A stretch of DNA of 61,291 nt from Bacilli bacterium (lineage in GTDB: Bacteria > Bacillota_I > Bacilli_A > RF39 > UBA660), in NCBI GenBank assembly GCA_017441065.1, contig JAFSAI010000044.1, forward strand, positions 1-61,291. The letters are read 5' to 3'. Position 1 is the stretch's first letter, and each line of letters starts with the position of its first letter. The position numbers and the translations under genes are program-made. Shown here in pieces: positions 60,850 through 61,291 of this stretch. Below the pieces are notes generated by a model. That model was not told the origin of the DNA, did not search any database, and was given only the letters and a program-made list of their open reading frames with translations.

Positions 60850-61291
60850 ATGGCAATTAAACATTATAAACCTACGACAAATGGTCGTAGAGGTATGACT
60901 ACACTTCTTAATGAAGAAATTACTGTAAACAATACTCCTACTAAATCATTACTTAAAAAAGTAAATAAAACTGGTGGAAGAAATAATCAAGGTAAAATGA
61001 CTGTTCGTCACATTGGTGGTGGAGCAGGGAGAAAATATCGTGTTATTGATTTCAAAAGAAATAAAGTTGGAGTTACAGGTCGTGTAGCTACTATCGAATA
61101 CGATCCAAATAGAAATGCAAATATCGCATTAATAAATTATCGTGATGGAGAAAAAAGATATATTATTGCTCCTAACGGATTAAAAGTAGATATGATTATT
61201 GAAAATGGTGAAAATGCTGATATCAAAGTTGGTAATGCATTACCACTTCAAAACATACCTGTTGGTACAATGGTACATTGTATCGAATTAA
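60850..61291 (+). CDS. rplB: 50S ribosomal protein L2 (partial, runs off window)
   Basis: [14 protein letters not shown]...GGRNNQG...IEYDPNR. Confidence 0.98.
   Translation, partial: MAIKHYKPTTNGRRGMTTLLNEEITVNNTPTKSLLKKVNKTGGRNNQGKMTVRHIGGGAGRKYRVIDFKRNKVGVTGRVATIEYDPNRNANIALINYRDGEKRYIIAPNGLKVDMIIENGENADIKVGNALPLQNIPVGTMVHCIEL

Noticed and set aside
1-61291. Mollicute genetic code 4 (TGA=Trp), suggested by the AT-richness
   Set aside because: recF, spoVT and yabQ end at TGA at expected lengths, and conserved Trp residues use TGG

Overview
This is the replication-origin region of a very AT-rich, streamlined, spore-gene-bearing low-GC Firmicute. It uses genetic code 11 (TGA is a stop). An uncultured Bacilli lineage such as RF39 is my inference from gene content, not something the sequence proves. 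Genes diverge from rpmH-dnaA. To the left (minus strand) lie rnpA-yidC-jag-mnmE-mnmG-rsmG-noc, rpoE, prfA-prmC, spoIIR, murA, rpmE, spoIID-spoIIQ, csp, hpf and secA. To the right (plus strand) lie dnaA-dnaN-comK-recF-gyrBA, SRP RNA, tadA-dnaX-recR-bofA-holB-ricT, pth-mfd-spoVT, T-box-cinA-dut-metG, rsmA-yabG-veg-spoVG-yabPQ-divIC, gap-pgk-spo0A-gpmI and the start of the S10 operon. Most notable observations: (1) a ~570-bp non-coding block after gyrA interleaving four Noc-binding palindromes, two parS sites and DnaA-box-like 9-mers, together with a Noc-type ParB protein lacking the N-terminal membrane helix; (2) two genes (holB and a DUF1934-position gene) that appear to start at ATA; (3) a shifted DnaA-box consensus matched by DnaA domain IV substitutions; (4) comK inside the dnaN-recF cluster and spo0A inside the glycolytic cluster; (5) a degenerate actin-fold protein at the mbl position; (6) an atypical Met T-box upstream of cinA-dut-metG; (7) a possible integrated-element boundary at the 3' end of secA. 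No CRISPR array, rRNA, tRNA or transposase was seen.
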